64,000 nucleotides of DNA from Pseudomonadota bacterium (GCA_025356665.1 JANXRV010000123.1:8113-72112), one strand, 5' to 3'; counted from the first letter of the stretch, positions 9,018 to 18,967 are shown. Made by a program: numbers and translations. The notes: generated from the sequence alone by a model not told the origin.

Positions 9018-11426
9018 ATGAGCATTGATCTCAAGGCTTCTCCCGCAGCAAAGCGTAACGCCCAGGGTGGCTCCGGCGGTTCCGGAGGCAAGGGCGTGGG
9101 CGCGCGCCTGGAGCGCAAGGAAGACGAGCGCTTCATGCGCGGTCGCGGCCAGTTTGTCGGTGACATGCGCATGGAGGGCATGCGCGAAGTAGCATTCCTG
9201 CGCTCGCCGCTGGCGCACGCCCGGCTGGGCGCAATCACCAAACCGGCAGGACGCGAGGGCGAGGTCTTTGTTCACGCCGACCTGGTTGGCGTGGCGCCCA
9301 TCACCGCCAATTCCGCTCTCAAGGGTTTCAAGAACTCATCGCAGCCGGTGCTTGCCAGCGGCAAAGTGCGCCAGGTTGGTGAGATGGTGGCGATGTGTGT
9401 CGCCGCCACGCGCGCCGACGCCGAAGATCTCGCCGCACTGGTGGAGGTCGATTACGACGCACTGCCGGCGGTGTCCGACATGATCACGGCGGTCAACGCC
9501 CCGCCCTCGCTGGTGCATGAGCAATGGGGCGACAATGTTTTTCTGGAAACCCTGGTCGATGCTGACCTTGGCGACATCAAGCGCACTGCGGCCATCCGCG
9601 TGCAGCGGCGCATCCGCACCGCGCGCCAGTCGATGGCGCCGATGGAAGGTCGCGGCGTGCTCGCCTGGTATGACAGCCGGCTCGAGCAACTCACCGTCTA
9701 CACCGCGGCGCAAATGCCGCACATCGTGCGCGCCGGTTTGTCCGAATGCCTGGGCATAGACCAGGGCCGCATCCGCGTGGTGGCGCCCGATGTGGGCGGC
9801 GGCTTTGGCTACAAGGGCATCCTGCTGCCCGAGGAAGTCTGCGTCGCCTGGCTGGCAATGAAAAGCGGCCGGCCGATACGCTGGATCGAGGATCGTTACG
9901 AGCAGCTCTCGGCCAACACCAACTGCCGCGAGCACTATTACGACATCACCGGCTACGCCGACAAGGATGGACGCCTGCTGGCCCTGGACTGCGACGCCAT
10001 GGTCGATTCGGGCGCGTATTCGTCGTATCCGTTTTCGGCCTGCCTCGAGGGCGCGCAGGTGAGCTCCATCCTGCCCGGCCCTTATCGCATGGAAAAATAC
10101 CGCTGCCACACCTGGTCGGTATCGACCAACAAGCCGCCCATCCTGCCTTATCGCGGCGTGGCCCGCACCGGCGTGTGCTTTGCCATCGAGTTGTTGATGG
10201 ACGCCATTGCGCGCGAGGCCGGGCGCGAGCCCTGGGAGGTGCGGCTGTTGAACCTGGTGCCGCCCGAGGCCATGCCTTACACCAACATCACCAACAAGTA
10301 TTTCGACAGCGGCGATTATCCGCAGGCCTTGCGCCGCGCGGTGGCGATGATAGACCTGCCCAAATGGCGCGTGCGGCAAAAAACCGGCGAGGCCGATGGC
10401 CGTAAAATCGGCATCGGGCTGTCCATTTTTTGCGAGCAGGGCGCGCACGGCACTTCGGTCTATCACGGTTGGGGCATCCCGATGGTGCCCGGCCATGAGC
10501 AATGCCAGGCGCGCTTGTCGCCCGATGGCGTGCTGGAGTTGCGCATAGGCGCGCATTCGCACGGCCAGAGCCTGGAGACCACGCTGGCGCAGGTGGCCAA
10601 CGAGGTGTTGGGCATAGACCCGGATCGCGTGCGCCTGATCCACGGCGACACGGCGCTGACGCCCTACTCGACCGGCACCTGGGGTTCGCGCTGCGCCGTG
10701 ATGTCCGGCGGCGCTGTCGCCGCCGCCTGCCGCGAGATTGAAAAACGCCTGCGCCACATTGCATCGCGCCTGATGGAGGTGGCCGGCGCTGACCTGGAGT
10801 TCACCGAGGGCGATGTGCGCGTCGCCGGAACCGACAAGAAAATGACGCTGCAGCAACTGGCGCATGTCTGGTACCGCCAGCCGCAACTGCTGCCCGTGGA
10901 TGTCGATCCGGGCGGGCTCGAAGCCACCGCCGGGTACAAGACGCTCAAGGATACGGGCACCTTCAGTTATGCCTGTCACGCCGTCGCCGTCGCAGTTGAC
11001 ACCGAGATCGGCCACGTCGAGATCCTCGATTACGTCATCGTCGAGGACGGCGGCACCATGATCAACCCCATGGTGGTCGATGGCCAGGTCTTTGGCGGCA
11101 CCGCGCAGGGCATAGGCACGGCGCTGTATGAAGAAATGCCCTACGACGAGAACGCCCAGCCGCTCGCCTCGACGCTGGCCGATTACATGCTGCCAGGCCC
11201 GACCGAAGTGCCCGAGCCGCGCGTGGCGCATATGGAGACGCCCTCGCCGCTCACCGCCTTCGGGCAAAAGGGCATAGGCGAGGGCGGCGCCATTGCACCG
11301 CCTGCGGCCATCGCCAACGCCGTCAACGACGCGTTGAAGGACCTTGGCGTCGAGATGCTCGAATCGCCCATTTCGCCGCGGCGCCTGCTGGCCGCGCTGG
11401 CGGCGGCGAAAGTGAAGGCGGCATGA
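9018..11426 (+). CDS. Xanthine dehydrogenase/CoxL-family molybdopterin-binding large subunit
   Basis: RKEDERF, VGGGFGYKG, PYRGVAR, SHGQSLET, GTWGSR, VDGQVFGG and KGIGEGG motifs. Confidence 0.95.
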   Translation: MSIDLKASPAAKRNAQGGSGGSGGKGVGARLERKEDERFMRGRGQFVGDMRMEGMREVAFLRSPLAHARLGAITKPAGREGEVFVHADLVGVAPITANSALKGFKNSSQPVLASGKVRQVGEMVAMCVAATRADAEDLAALVEVDYDALPAVSDMITAVNAPPSLVHEQWGDNVFLETLVDADLGDIKRTAAIRVQRRIRTARQSMAPMEGRGVLAWYDSRLEQLTVYTAAQMPHIVRAGLSECLGIDQGRIRVVAPDVGGGFGYKGILLPEEVCVAWLAMKSGRPIRWIEDRYEQLSANTNCREHYYDITGYADKDGRLLALDCDAMVDSGAYSSYPFSACLEGAQVSSILPGPYRMEKYRCHTWSVSTNKPPILPYRGVARTGVCFAIELLMDAIAREAGREPWEVRLLNLVPPEAMPYTNITNKYFDSGDYPQALRRAVAMIDLPKWRVRQKTGEADGRKIGIGLSIFCEQGAHGTSVYHGWGIPMVPGHEQCQARLSPDGVLELRIGAHSHGQSLETTLAQVANEVLGIDPDRVRLIHGDTALTPYSTGTWGSRCAVMSGGAVAAACREIEKRLRHIASRLMEVAGADLEFTEGDVRVAGTDKKMTLQQLAHVWYRQPQLLPVDVDPGGLEATAGYKTLKDTGTFSYACHAVAVAVDTEIGHVEILDYVIVEDGGTMINPMVVDGQVFGGTAQGIGTALYEEMPYDENAQPLASTLADYMLPGPTEVPEPRVAHMETPSPLTAFGQKGIGEGGAIAPPAAIANAVNDALKDLGVEMLESPISPRRLLAALAAAKVKAA

Positions 11427-11611
11427 ACAATTCTCGCAACGCCGTCATTGCCCTCACTGTTGTCATTGCGAAGTCCCCTCCGGGGATAAACTTCGCGAAG
11501 CAATCTCGTGGCCATTGCGGGGTAGACAGCCAAGCGACGAGATTGCTTCGTCGCGTTGCTCCTCGCAATGACATGCCTTGGATTGCATTTTCCAGGATGA
11601 ATGTTGCATGA
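11423..11611 (+). other. 62-codon bridging ORF containing a palindromic repeat
   Basis: Its ATG overlaps the large-subunit TGA (atga 11423-11426) and its TGA overlaps the medium-subunit ATG (atga 11608-11611). Confidence 0.35.
11461..11573. repeat. GTCATTGCGA...TCGCAATGAC palindromic (REP/MITE-like) element
   Basis: Outer inverted repeat tgtcattgcga/tcgcaatgaca; inner inverted repeat cgaagcaatctcgt/acgagattgcttcg. Confidence 0.85.
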
Positions 11612-12417
11612 AATCCGCCAAATTCAACTACGAAAAACCGCGCGCACTTGCCGACGCGATCAAGTTGCTTGCATCGGGCGGCGGCATGGCCAAGGTCATC
11701 GCCGGCGGCCAGTCCTTCGGTCCCATGCTCAACCTGCGCCTGGCGCAACCGGATTTGCTCGTTGATGTTCGCGGCCTGCCCGAACTCGCGGCTGTGAGCG
11801 AGGACAAAGACGCCGTCAGCCTCGGTGCCTGCACCACGCACGCCGCCATCGAGGATGGTCGCGTGCCCGAGGCGACCGGCGGCATGATGCGCTTTGTCGC
11901 GCGTGACATCGCCTATCGCGCCATCCGCAACCGCGGCACGATCGGCGGCAGCCTCGCGCATGCCGACCCCGCGGGCGACTGGGTCAGTGTGCTGATGCTG
12001 CTCGATGCGACCGTGATCATCACAGGCCCGGCCGGCGAGCGCCGCGTTCCGGCGAGCGAGTTTGTCACCGGTGCGCTCGCCACGGCGCTGGCCGAAGACG
12101 AAATCCTCACCGCCGTGCGCATCGCCAAATTCTCGCCCAAGGCGCGCTGGAGTTATTACAAGTTTTGCCGCAAGACCGGCGAATTCGCCGAAGCCATCGC
12201 CGGATTTGTCCTTGACCCCGCGCGCGGGGTCACGCGCGCGGTCATCGGCGCGGCCGAGGGCGCGCCGGTGGTGATAGCCGACGCCTCGGCGCTGATCAAT
12301 GGCTTTGATCAGGCTGTCGCCTCAAAAGCCACGTCCAGCGCGGGTTTTCAGCCCGGTAGCTATGAATTCCAGGTGCACATGGCGGCCTTGAAGCGCGCCG
12401 CAATCCGTATTCAATAA
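11608..12417 (+). CDS. Xanthine dehydrogenase/CoxM-family FAD-binding medium subunit
   Basis: AKVIAGGQSFGPMLNLRL and IRNRGTIGGSLAHADPAGD motifs. Confidence 0.95.
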   Translation: MKSAKFNYEKPRALADAIKLLASGGGMAKVIAGGQSFGPMLNLRLAQPDLLVDVRGLPELAAVSEDKDAVSLGACTTHAAIEDGRVPEATGGMMRFVARDIAYRAIRNRGTIGGSLAHADPAGDWVSVLMLLDATVIITGPAGERRVPASEFVTGALATALAEDEILTAVRIAKFSPKARWSYYKFCRKTGEFAEAIAGFVLDPARGVTRAVIGAAEGAPVVIADASALINGFDQAVASKATSSAGFQPGSYEFQVHMAALKRAAIRIQ

Positions 12418-12424
12418 GACTGCT

Positions 12425-12892
12425 ATGAAACCGATAAAACTTTCCGTCAATGGCAAAACCGTCGAGGCCATGGTCGAGCCGCGCACCCACCTCGCCGATT
12501 TCCTGCGTGAAACCGAGCGGCTCACCGGCACCCATGTGGGCTGCGAGCACGGCGTCTGCGGCGCCTGTACCATTGAGATTGACGGCGCGCCGGCGCGCTC
12601 GTGCATCAGCTTCGCCGTGGCCTGTGACGGCGCCAGCGTGCGCACCATCGAGGGTTTTGATGATGACGCGGTGATGGCGCAATTGCGCGCGGCCTTTTCC
12701 GCCGAGCACGCGCTGCAGTGCGGTTACTGCACGCCGGGCATGCTGATCACCGCGCGCGACATCGTCATGCGCATCCCCGATGCCGATGAGGCGCGCATTC
12801 GTCACGAGCTGTCGGGCAACCTGTGCCGCTGTACCGGCTATGTCGGTATCGTGCGCGCCATCAAGCGTGTGCTGGCTCAAAAAGCAGTCTGA
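12425..12892 (+). CDS. CoxS-family (2Fe-2S) small subunit
   Basis: GCEHGVCGAC..C, QCGYCTPG and NLCRCTGY motifs. Confidence 0.96.
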   Translation: MKPIKLSVNGKTVEAMVEPRTHLADFLRETERLTGTHVGCEHGVCGACTIEIDGAPARSCISFAVACDGASVRTIEGFDDDAVMAQLRAAFSAEHALQCGYCTPGMLITARDIVMRIPDADEARIRHELSGNLCRCTGYVGIVRAIKRVLAQKAV

Positions 12893-12944
12893 ATGAAAAA
12901 TCAAAATGGACAACGAATGAAAAATCAAAATGCACAAGGAATGA
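12891..12944. repeat. 24-bp tandem duplication at the amidohydrolase start
   Basis: gaatgaaaaatcaaaatggacaac gaatgaaaaatcaaaatgcacaag gaatga gives three in-frame ATGs (12893, 12917, 12941). Confidence 0.9.
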
Positions 12945-14440
12945 GAACCCTCATCAAGGGCGGTTGGGTCGTCAGCTACAAGGGCGGTGCGCATTGCATG
13001 GACCGCGACTTCGAGGTCGCTTTTGAGGGCGACGAGGTCATTTATGTCGGGCCGAAGTTTGACGGCCATGCCGACACGGTCATCGACGCCGCCGGCAAGC
13101 TGGTATGTCCCGGTTTCATCGACACCCACGTGCACACCGGCCACCGCGCGTCGCATCGGCTCATCACCGACGCTGGCCGCGGCGAATTTTTCGGCCAGCC
13201 TTTCCTGGAAATCAGCGTGCCCAAGGAAGGTACGCGCATTGAGGGCGACGTGCGCTACCTTCGCCCCGACGAGGCCGGTGCGGAAGAGGAAATCGAATTC
13301 AACGCCGCCTTCACCGTGGCCGAGATGCTGCGCAACGGCATCACCACCTTTGTCGAATACGGCAGTCAGCTGCGCATCCAGGAGGCCCTCGCCAAGCAGT
13401 GCGCGCGCCTTGGCGTGCGCGGCTACCTCGGCCCCGGCTATGATAGCGGCCGCTGGGTCGGCGATGAGCACGGCCGCCTCAAGCGCATCACCGACGAGGC
13501 GGCCGGCCTGCGCGGTATGGCCGACGCGGTGAAGTTCATCGAACGCATGGACGGCGCCGAGGGCGGGCTGATACGCGGCATCCTGGTGCCGCGCGAACTC
13601 GAGACAACGAGTCTTGCGATCATGCGCCGTACGCGCGAGCTCGCCGACGAGATGAAACTGCCGATGGCAACGCATGCCGCCTACAACATTCTCGAGTTCC
13701 ACGACATCGTACGCGAGCACCGCATGACGCCGATCGAGGTTCTCGACAGCCTCGGGATGCTGCGGCCCACGATGAACATTGGCCACGGCAATTTCATTTC
13801 CGACAATCCCAAGCTCAACTACTCCGGTGCGCGCGATTTGAAGCTGATGGGCGAGGCCGGCGTGTCGATTTCGCATTGCGCCATCAATATCGTGCGCCGT
13901 GCCCGCGCCCTGGACTCGTGGAAAAAATACGCCGAGGCCGGTGTCAACATCGCCCTTGGCACCGACACCTATCCGCGCGACCTCATCCTCAACATGCGCA
14001 CCGCCTCGTATCACGGCAAGGTCATGAGTTCGGATTACCGCGCCGCCACCGCGGCAGATGTATTTTCCGCCGCCACGCTCAACGGCGCGCGCTCGCTCGG
14101 TCGCGATGACCTCGGGCGCATCGCCAAGGGCAGCCGCGCCGATATGATCATCGTCGACCTCACCGGCGGCGACAGCCTTCGTATGGGCCCGATACGCGAT
14201 CCGGTGAAAACCCTGGTCGAGTGCGGCGTCGGCAACGACGTGGATACCGCCATCGTCGCCGGCAAGGTGCGCATGCAGGGCGGCAGGATTCCCGGCGTGG
14301 ATTTCGCCGCGCTGCGCGCCCGCGCCCAGGCCAACGGCGAAAAAATCTGGGCCGGCTGGCATCAGTCTGACCCCCTTGGCCGCACTGCGTTGCAGGCCAG
14401 TCCCTGGTCATTCTGCCCGGCTTGTGACCGCGATGAGTAA
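12941..14440 (+). CDS. Amidohydrolase, chlorohydrolase/deaminase (AtzA/TriA/SsnA-like) family
   Basis: PGFIDTHVH, EMLRNGITT, ATHAAY, GHGN, LGTD and LGRIAKGSRAD motifs; AAGGA RBS before ATG 12941. Confidence 0.88.
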   Translation: MRTLIKGGWVVSYKGGAHCMDRDFEVAFEGDEVIYVGPKFDGHADTVIDAAGKLVCPGFIDTHVHTGHRASHRLITDAGRGEFFGQPFLEISVPKEGTRIEGDVRYLRPDEAGAEEEIEFNAAFTVAEMLRNGITTFVEYGSQLRIQEALAKQCARLGVRGYLGPGYDSGRWVGDEHGRLKRITDEAAGLRGMADAVKFIERMDGAEGGLIRGILVPRELETTSLAIMRRTRELADEMKLPMATHAAYNILEFHDIVREHRMTPIEVLDSLGMLRPTMNIGHGNFISDNPKLNYSGARDLKLMGEAGVSISHCAINIVRRARALDSWKKYAEAGVNIALGTDTYPRDLILNMRTASYHGKVMSSDYRAATAADVFSAATLNGARSLGRDDLGRIAKGSRADMIIVDLTGGDSLRMGPIRDPVKTLVECGVGNDVDTAIVAGKVRMQGGRIPGVDFAALRARAQANGEKIWAGWHQSDPLGRTALQASPWSFCPACDRDE

Positions 14441-14686
14441 GGCCGTAGCAGACGCGGCCCGGCAACGCAGACATAAGGTACGGGAGAGGCACGACTCTTG
14501 CTCGAGACTTGCCCTGATTGTTGCGATGGCTGTCCGATAGTTTCGTGCGGCCAACTGCATAGAGCAACGCATTCGTTCCTTTGGCGAGCGCCTGCGGTGA
14601 TACTCGCGGGCTGTGCCGCCCCGCCCCGTCATCGGCCCGTCATTGCCCCGTCGTTCTCACCGTTGTCATAGGAAACAGGAGTTCTC

Positions 14687-15664
14687 ATGTTCACTCGTGT
14701 TCTTTCGGCGCTCGCGCTCGGCCTCGCCGTCGCGCTGCCTGGGGCTTCCCTCGCGCAATCCGACTACCCGTCCAAGCCGGTGCGCATCATCGTCCCCTTC
14801 GGTCCTGGCGGTGCGGCCGATACCTTGCCGCGATTGATCGGGCAAAAGCTCACCGAGCTGTGGGGCCAGCCGGTGGTGGTCGAGAACCGCACCGGTGCCG
14901 CCGGCAACATAGGCATGGAGGCGGGTGCACGCGCCGCGCCCGATGGCTACACGTTGACCTCAGCACCCGTGGGCAATCTTGCGATCAACCCGCACCTTTA
15001 CGCCAAGCTGAGCTTTGATGTGTTCAAGGATTTCACGCCCATCACGCTTGTCGGTTCGGTGCAGAACGTGCTGGTGGTCAACCCGGCAGTGCCGGCTAAT
15101 ACGGTTAATGAATTGGTGGCGCTGGCCAAGGCAAAGCCAGGCACGCTGACGTTTGCCTCGGGCGGCAATGGCACCCAGGCCCATGTCGGCGGCGAGTTGT
15201 TCAAGGCCATGACCGGTACCGACATGACGCATATCGCCTACAAGGGCGTCGGCGACTCGGTGCGCGACCTGCTGGGCGGTCAGGTATCGATGATTTTTGC
15301 GCAAGTGCCTTCGGTGATGCCGCACATTCAGTCGGGCAAGCTGCGCGCACTGGGCGTGGCGAGCGCGCGGCGCATCGGCGTGTTGCCCGCCGTGCCGACC
15401 ATCGCCGAGGCGGTCGGACTTGCCGGTTTCGAGGCGGTGTCCTGGTACGCCCTGGTCGGGCCGGCCGGCATGCCCGCAAGTATCGTCAACAAGATCCAGG
15501 CTGATGTCGCCAGGGTTTTGCAACTACCCGATATCCGCGAAAAGCTGCTGGCCCTGGGCGCGGATCCGGTCGGCAGCACCCCCGAGCAACTGCTCGCGGC
15601 CATGCGTGCCGACTTTGAACGTTACGGCAGCGTGATTCGCAAGGTCGGCATCAAGGCTGAATAG
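14687..15664 (+). CDS. Bug/TctC tripartite tricarboxylate transporter substrate-binding protein
   Basis: Signal peptide, YPSKPVRIIVPFGPGG, VENRTGAAG, PDGYTL and YKG motifs. Confidence 0.95.
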   Translation: MFTRVLSALALGLAVALPGASLAQSDYPSKPVRIIVPFGPGGAADTLPRLIGQKLTELWGQPVVVENRTGAAGNIGMEAGARAAPDGYTLTSAPVGNLAINPHLYAKLSFDVFKDFTPITLVGSVQNVLVVNPAVPANTVNELVALAKAKPGTLTFASGGNGTQAHVGGELFKAMTGTDMTHIAYKGVGDSVRDLLGGQVSMIFAQVPSVMPHIQSGKLRALGVASARRIGVLPAVPTIAEAVGLAGFEAVSWYALVGPAGMPASIVNKIQADVARVLQLPDIREKLLALGADPVGSTPEQLLAAMRADFERYGSVIRKVGIKAE

Positions 15665-15693
15665 ACGGCTGCCATGCCGCGGCCGGCGCCAAA

Positions 15694-16065
15694 ATGATCG
15701 TCAACGCCCGCATGTATTCGGTCACGCCAGCCAGCACGGCGGCGTGGCGGGAATTGCTGTCGTGGGTTATGGCGCGCGCCGGCGTCCGTTGGGGTTTTGT
15801 CGAGCACAATCCGCCGCTGGCTTTGTCCGACCTTTGGTCGCGCGACGACCTTGGCCCGGTACAGATGTGCGGCCTGCCGTTTTCACGGCGCACGCCGCAG
15901 GCCGCGGCGATTGTCGCGACCGTGCCCTCGCCGCCGCAGTACGAGGGCAAATCCATTTACATGTCCTACATCGCCGTGCGCGCTGATGCCGATGAAGCGC
16001 GCATTCTTCACGAGCTGTCGGGCAACCTGTGCCGCTGCACGATCTTGGGGTTTTCGGGGCGCTAG
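15694..16065 (+). pseudogene. Chimeric ORF: PhnD-like substrate-binding protein N-terminus fused to a CoxS fragment
   Basis: MIVNARMY...LWSRDDLG..QMCGLP...Y.SYIAVRAD followed by ADEARILHELSGNLCRCT. Bases 15985-16040 match 12779-12834 at 53/56. Confidence 0.72.
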
Positions 16066-16400
16066 CGGCTGAGCAGTCCGACCAAGGGGGCGGTCAGTCC
16101 GCACACGCCGGTTACCGCGACCAAAATCCAAAGCTCGCTTTTTAGCAGTGCAAGCGGAGCGCCGGGATTCAGGCTGAGCTGCTGCATGCGTGGCAGCAGG
16201 ATGATGGAAAGGCAAAGCGTAGAGGTGCCCAGCGCCGCCAGCGTGAAGGCGCTGGTAAAGAACGCATGCCGCCCGCCGGCGACCTGGTCGACGAGCAAGC
16301 CGGTGACCAGCATTGCATTCCATGCGATGACCCAGGTCAGCATGAAGCTGGTACGAAAATGTTTGTGCAGCGTGAGTGCGGGGGGTGTCTTGAATGCCAT
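16062..16400 (-). CDS. Hypothetical small membrane protein (about 3 TM segments)
   Basis: ATG-started 112-aa ORF with three hydrophobic stretches; no family recognised. Confidence 0.55.
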   Translation of the reverse strand: MAFKTPPALTLHKHFRTSFMLTWVIAWNAMLVTGLLVDQVAGGRHAFFTSAFTLAALGTSTLCLSIILLPRMQQLSLNPGAPLALLKSELWILVAVTGVCGLTAPLVGLLSR

Positions 16401-16809
16401 CGGGTGTCTATGCTCTAGCGCGGGCGGTCACGCTAACACAGTTCCGGATCCACGCGTCTGTGGCAGGACAGCGTGGCGATGCAGAGCGGGCCGGACTGAT
16501 ACTTGATCGGGCTCGGCAGGGGCGGGCGCGGCGTCTTGTTGCCGATCTGCTTTTGCGAGGCGGTGACAGGCGGCCGCCCTGTTTTCAGCTAAAAAACTGC
16601 TCCGGCGTACCGGTGGTGCCGTAGCGGAGTAGTTGGTAGGTACCTAGCTTGAACTGATAGCGCGTGATGCCCGTCGAATCGGCGGCGGTCTCTAGCTTTT
16701 GCCTGTGCGCGCATTTTGCCCTGCGCACGGCATGGACCCAAGCTTGGGCGTGGCTTAGCTTGGAGGGCTTAGGTGCGCATGATGGCCCGCATGGCGCGAG
16801 AAGTGGCGA

Positions 16810-17334
16810 TCAGCCGGTTTGCGGATCGCGCTGTCCCCCGGCCCGCCATCGATCATCGGCCAGCACGACGGAGGTTTCGACCTGTCTCGCCGGGATAGCC
16901 CAGTATTTGCGCAGCAGGGAATCCTTTTGTTCGCCGCGGATGACGGTGAAATCGTGCTTCTGGTAGAAGGCGATCGCCCACGAGGCATCCGCCCAGGTGC
17001 CGATCAAAAAGGGTTTGGTCGTGAGCCCTTTCACATGGCGCAGCAGGCTTGCGCCCACGCCGGTGCGCTGCGCGCCGGGCGTGACGTAGGCATGGCGCAC
17101 CAGTACGACCTCGTCCTTGTCCTGTATGCCCATCACGCCGCGCATTTGTGCGCCCTCTTCGGCCACCCAGAACGCGATGCCATCGTCGATTTCGCGTTGC
17201 AGTTCGGCAGCCGGCATATACGGGTCGTGCCAGCGATCGGCGGGAATGACGCCGCGATAGGCGAGGGCGGCGGCGTTGATGATGGCCAGGATCGCCGGCG
17301 AATCCGTATTGCGGCTTTTTCTGATCAGCGTCAT
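16810..17334 (-). CDS. GNAT family N-acetyltransferase
   Basis: HAYVTPGAQRTGVGASLL (acetyl-CoA-binding motif A) and AIAFYQKHDF. Confidence 0.9.
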   Translation of the reverse strand: MTLIRKSRNTDSPAILAIINAAALAYRGVIPADRWHDPYMPAAELQREIDDGIAFWVAEEGAQMRGVMGIQDKDEVVLVRHAYVTPGAQRTGVGASLLRHVKGLTTKPFLIGTWADASWAIAFYQKHDFTVIRGEQKDSLLRKYWAIPARQVETSVVLADDRWRAGGQRDPQTG

Positions 17335-17377
17335 GGTGTGCGCAATTGTGGCAGCGGTGGCAGCGGCGGCAGCGGCG

Positions 17378-17914
17378 TCAGAATCGCGATCCGGGCTGTT
17401 TCAGGAACGCGATCTCCTGCGCGCTCGATGCGCGGCCGAGGATGGCATTGCGGTGCGGGTAGCGGCCGAAGCGCTCGATGATGGCCTTGTGGCGCAGTTC
17501 GAAGTCATGGTTGTCCTTGGGCGCGTAGTCGCGGAAAAGCGCTTCCGCCTGCCGGTGTATCAGCGCCGATTCGCTGTGCATGTATGGCATGAAAAGGAAC
17601 GCGCATTCGATAGTCGTGAGTGCGCGATGTGCGCCGGCGGCAAGCGCCTCCTGCGACAGCGCCAGCGCCATCGGGTCTTGCGCAAATGCCGCGGGCGTAT
17701 CGCGAAAGGCGTTGCGGGAGAACTGGTCGAGGATCAGGATCTCGGCGAGGCGGCCCCCGGGGCTGGTGCGCCAGTCGGAAAACTCGCCCTGTGCGGCCCG
17801 GCGCAACAGGTCCCCGAACCTCGCCCGCACCAGCGCGTCAAACTCAGGCGCCGCGCTCCACCATGACTTGGGCGCGGTTTCTGCAAACCAGAATGTGAGT
17901 ATGTCCTGATACAT
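17378..17914 (-). CDS. DUF924 family protein
   Basis: ILTFWF, LDQFSRN, FLFMPYMHSE and IERFGRYPHRNAILGR motifs. Confidence 0.92.
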   Translation of the reverse strand: MYQDILTFWFAETAPKSWWSAAPEFDALVRARFGDLLRRAAQGEFSDWRTSPGGRLAEILILDQFSRNAFRDTPAAFAQDPMALALSQEALAAGAHRALTTIECAFLFMPYMHSESALIHRQAEALFRDYAPKDNHDFELRHKAIIERFGRYPHRNAILGRASSAQEIAFLKQPGSRF

Positions 17915-18001
17915 GATCGATTCCTTGCGACGGGCGCCGCTATGCGCCGCTACGCGCCTTCGCCTGCGCCGCATTGCCGGGCAAAGGCCATAGACTATAG
18001 G

Positions 18002-18613
18002 CTAACGCGGACCCGGCGGAACGGTCGCGACGAGCGACGGGCGGACTGCGATTTGGTCAAACCAGACAGACAGCCGCGGGTGTCCGGGTCGCCAATGGAA
18101 ATCGGGCACCCAGGCTGCGAAGCCGAAGGCGCAGGCGAGCGTTAGCTGCGCCATATTGAGCTCGCCGCGCATCAGCGGATGGTCGATCTCCGTCTCCCAG
18201 AGCCCAAGCAGCCGTTCGCTACGGCCCGCCTCGTGCAGGAGGACGGTGGGCGAACGCTCGTTTTGAGGCCGCGTGATCTCGCGCGCCCAAACCGCGAGTC
18301 CGTCGAGCATGCTTCTGGCCAGCGCTTCGAGACGCCGCCCCTGCCATGCCTGCTCGCCCTCCGGCCAATCGAAAACCGGTTTGCCCTCGAGCTGATCAAG
18401 AAAGGCGCAGATTACGGAGGATTCCTCCAGGCCGACACCGTCATCACGAATCAGGTAGGGCACGCGGCCCGAAGGATTGATCTTGAAGTACGGACTGCCG
18501 GCAAGACGGGTCTGCGCGGTGATGATCTGGACGCGGGCCTGCAATTGCTTTTCGATAACGAGGACACGCGCGATGCGTGCGTAGGGTGAGGCCGGGGTGA
18601 TATACAGTTTCAT
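18002..18613 (-). CDS. Glutathione S-transferase family protein
   Basis: SPYARIARV, INPSGRVPYL, ESSVI and WRPGHPRL motifs. Confidence 0.88.
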   Translation of the reverse strand: MKLYITPASPYARIARVLVIEKQLQARVQIITAQTRLAGSPYFKINPSGRVPYLIRDDGVGLEESSVICAFLDQLEGKPVFDWPEGEQAWQGRRLEALARSMLDGLAVWAREITRPQNERSPTVLLHEAGRSERLLGLWETEIDHPLMRGELNMAQLTLACAFGFAAWVPDFHWRPGHPRLSVWFDQIAVRPSLVATVPPGPR

Positions 18614-18874
18614 GGGGTAGGGTCCTGCCGGTTCCGTTGCGCCGATCGACGGATATTGCCCGGTTTTTCACTGCTCAGGCCTTCGCCTGTGCATCGTCCA
18701 TTCTGCGCCGGGTATCGCCCGGACTCAAGTGACAATGCGACAGACAATGCGACAACGCAACAGTAGGCGATAGCGTTAGTGTGGCAGTGGTTTTGACTTT
18801 CCTCCCCTTCGGCACCGCCGAGCAACGCAGGCGAAGCGAGATACCGTAGGCTGGGTGGATCACGGTATGCGAAA

Positions 18875-18910
18875 AGATTGCCGCGTCGGCTTCGCCTCCT
18901 CGCAATGACG
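18875..18910. repeat. Right-arm copy of the GTCATTGCGAG palindromic element
   Basis: agattgccgcgtcggcttcgcctcctcgcaatgacg resembles 11540-11573. Confidence 0.7.
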
Positions 18911-18967
18911 GACTGGGCGATATACTGGAAACCCGCACCAGACGGGCGTTTCCAGCTTATTGTCCCG

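Noticed and set aside
9336-14362. Long minus-strand ORFs (643 aa and 688 aa) and similar antisense ORFs elsewhere
   Set aside because: Stop-poor shadows of GC-rich genes, with no recognisable motifs.
16560-16800. Possible gene remnant between the membrane protein and GNAT genes
   Set aside because: Only short frames with no recognisable family.
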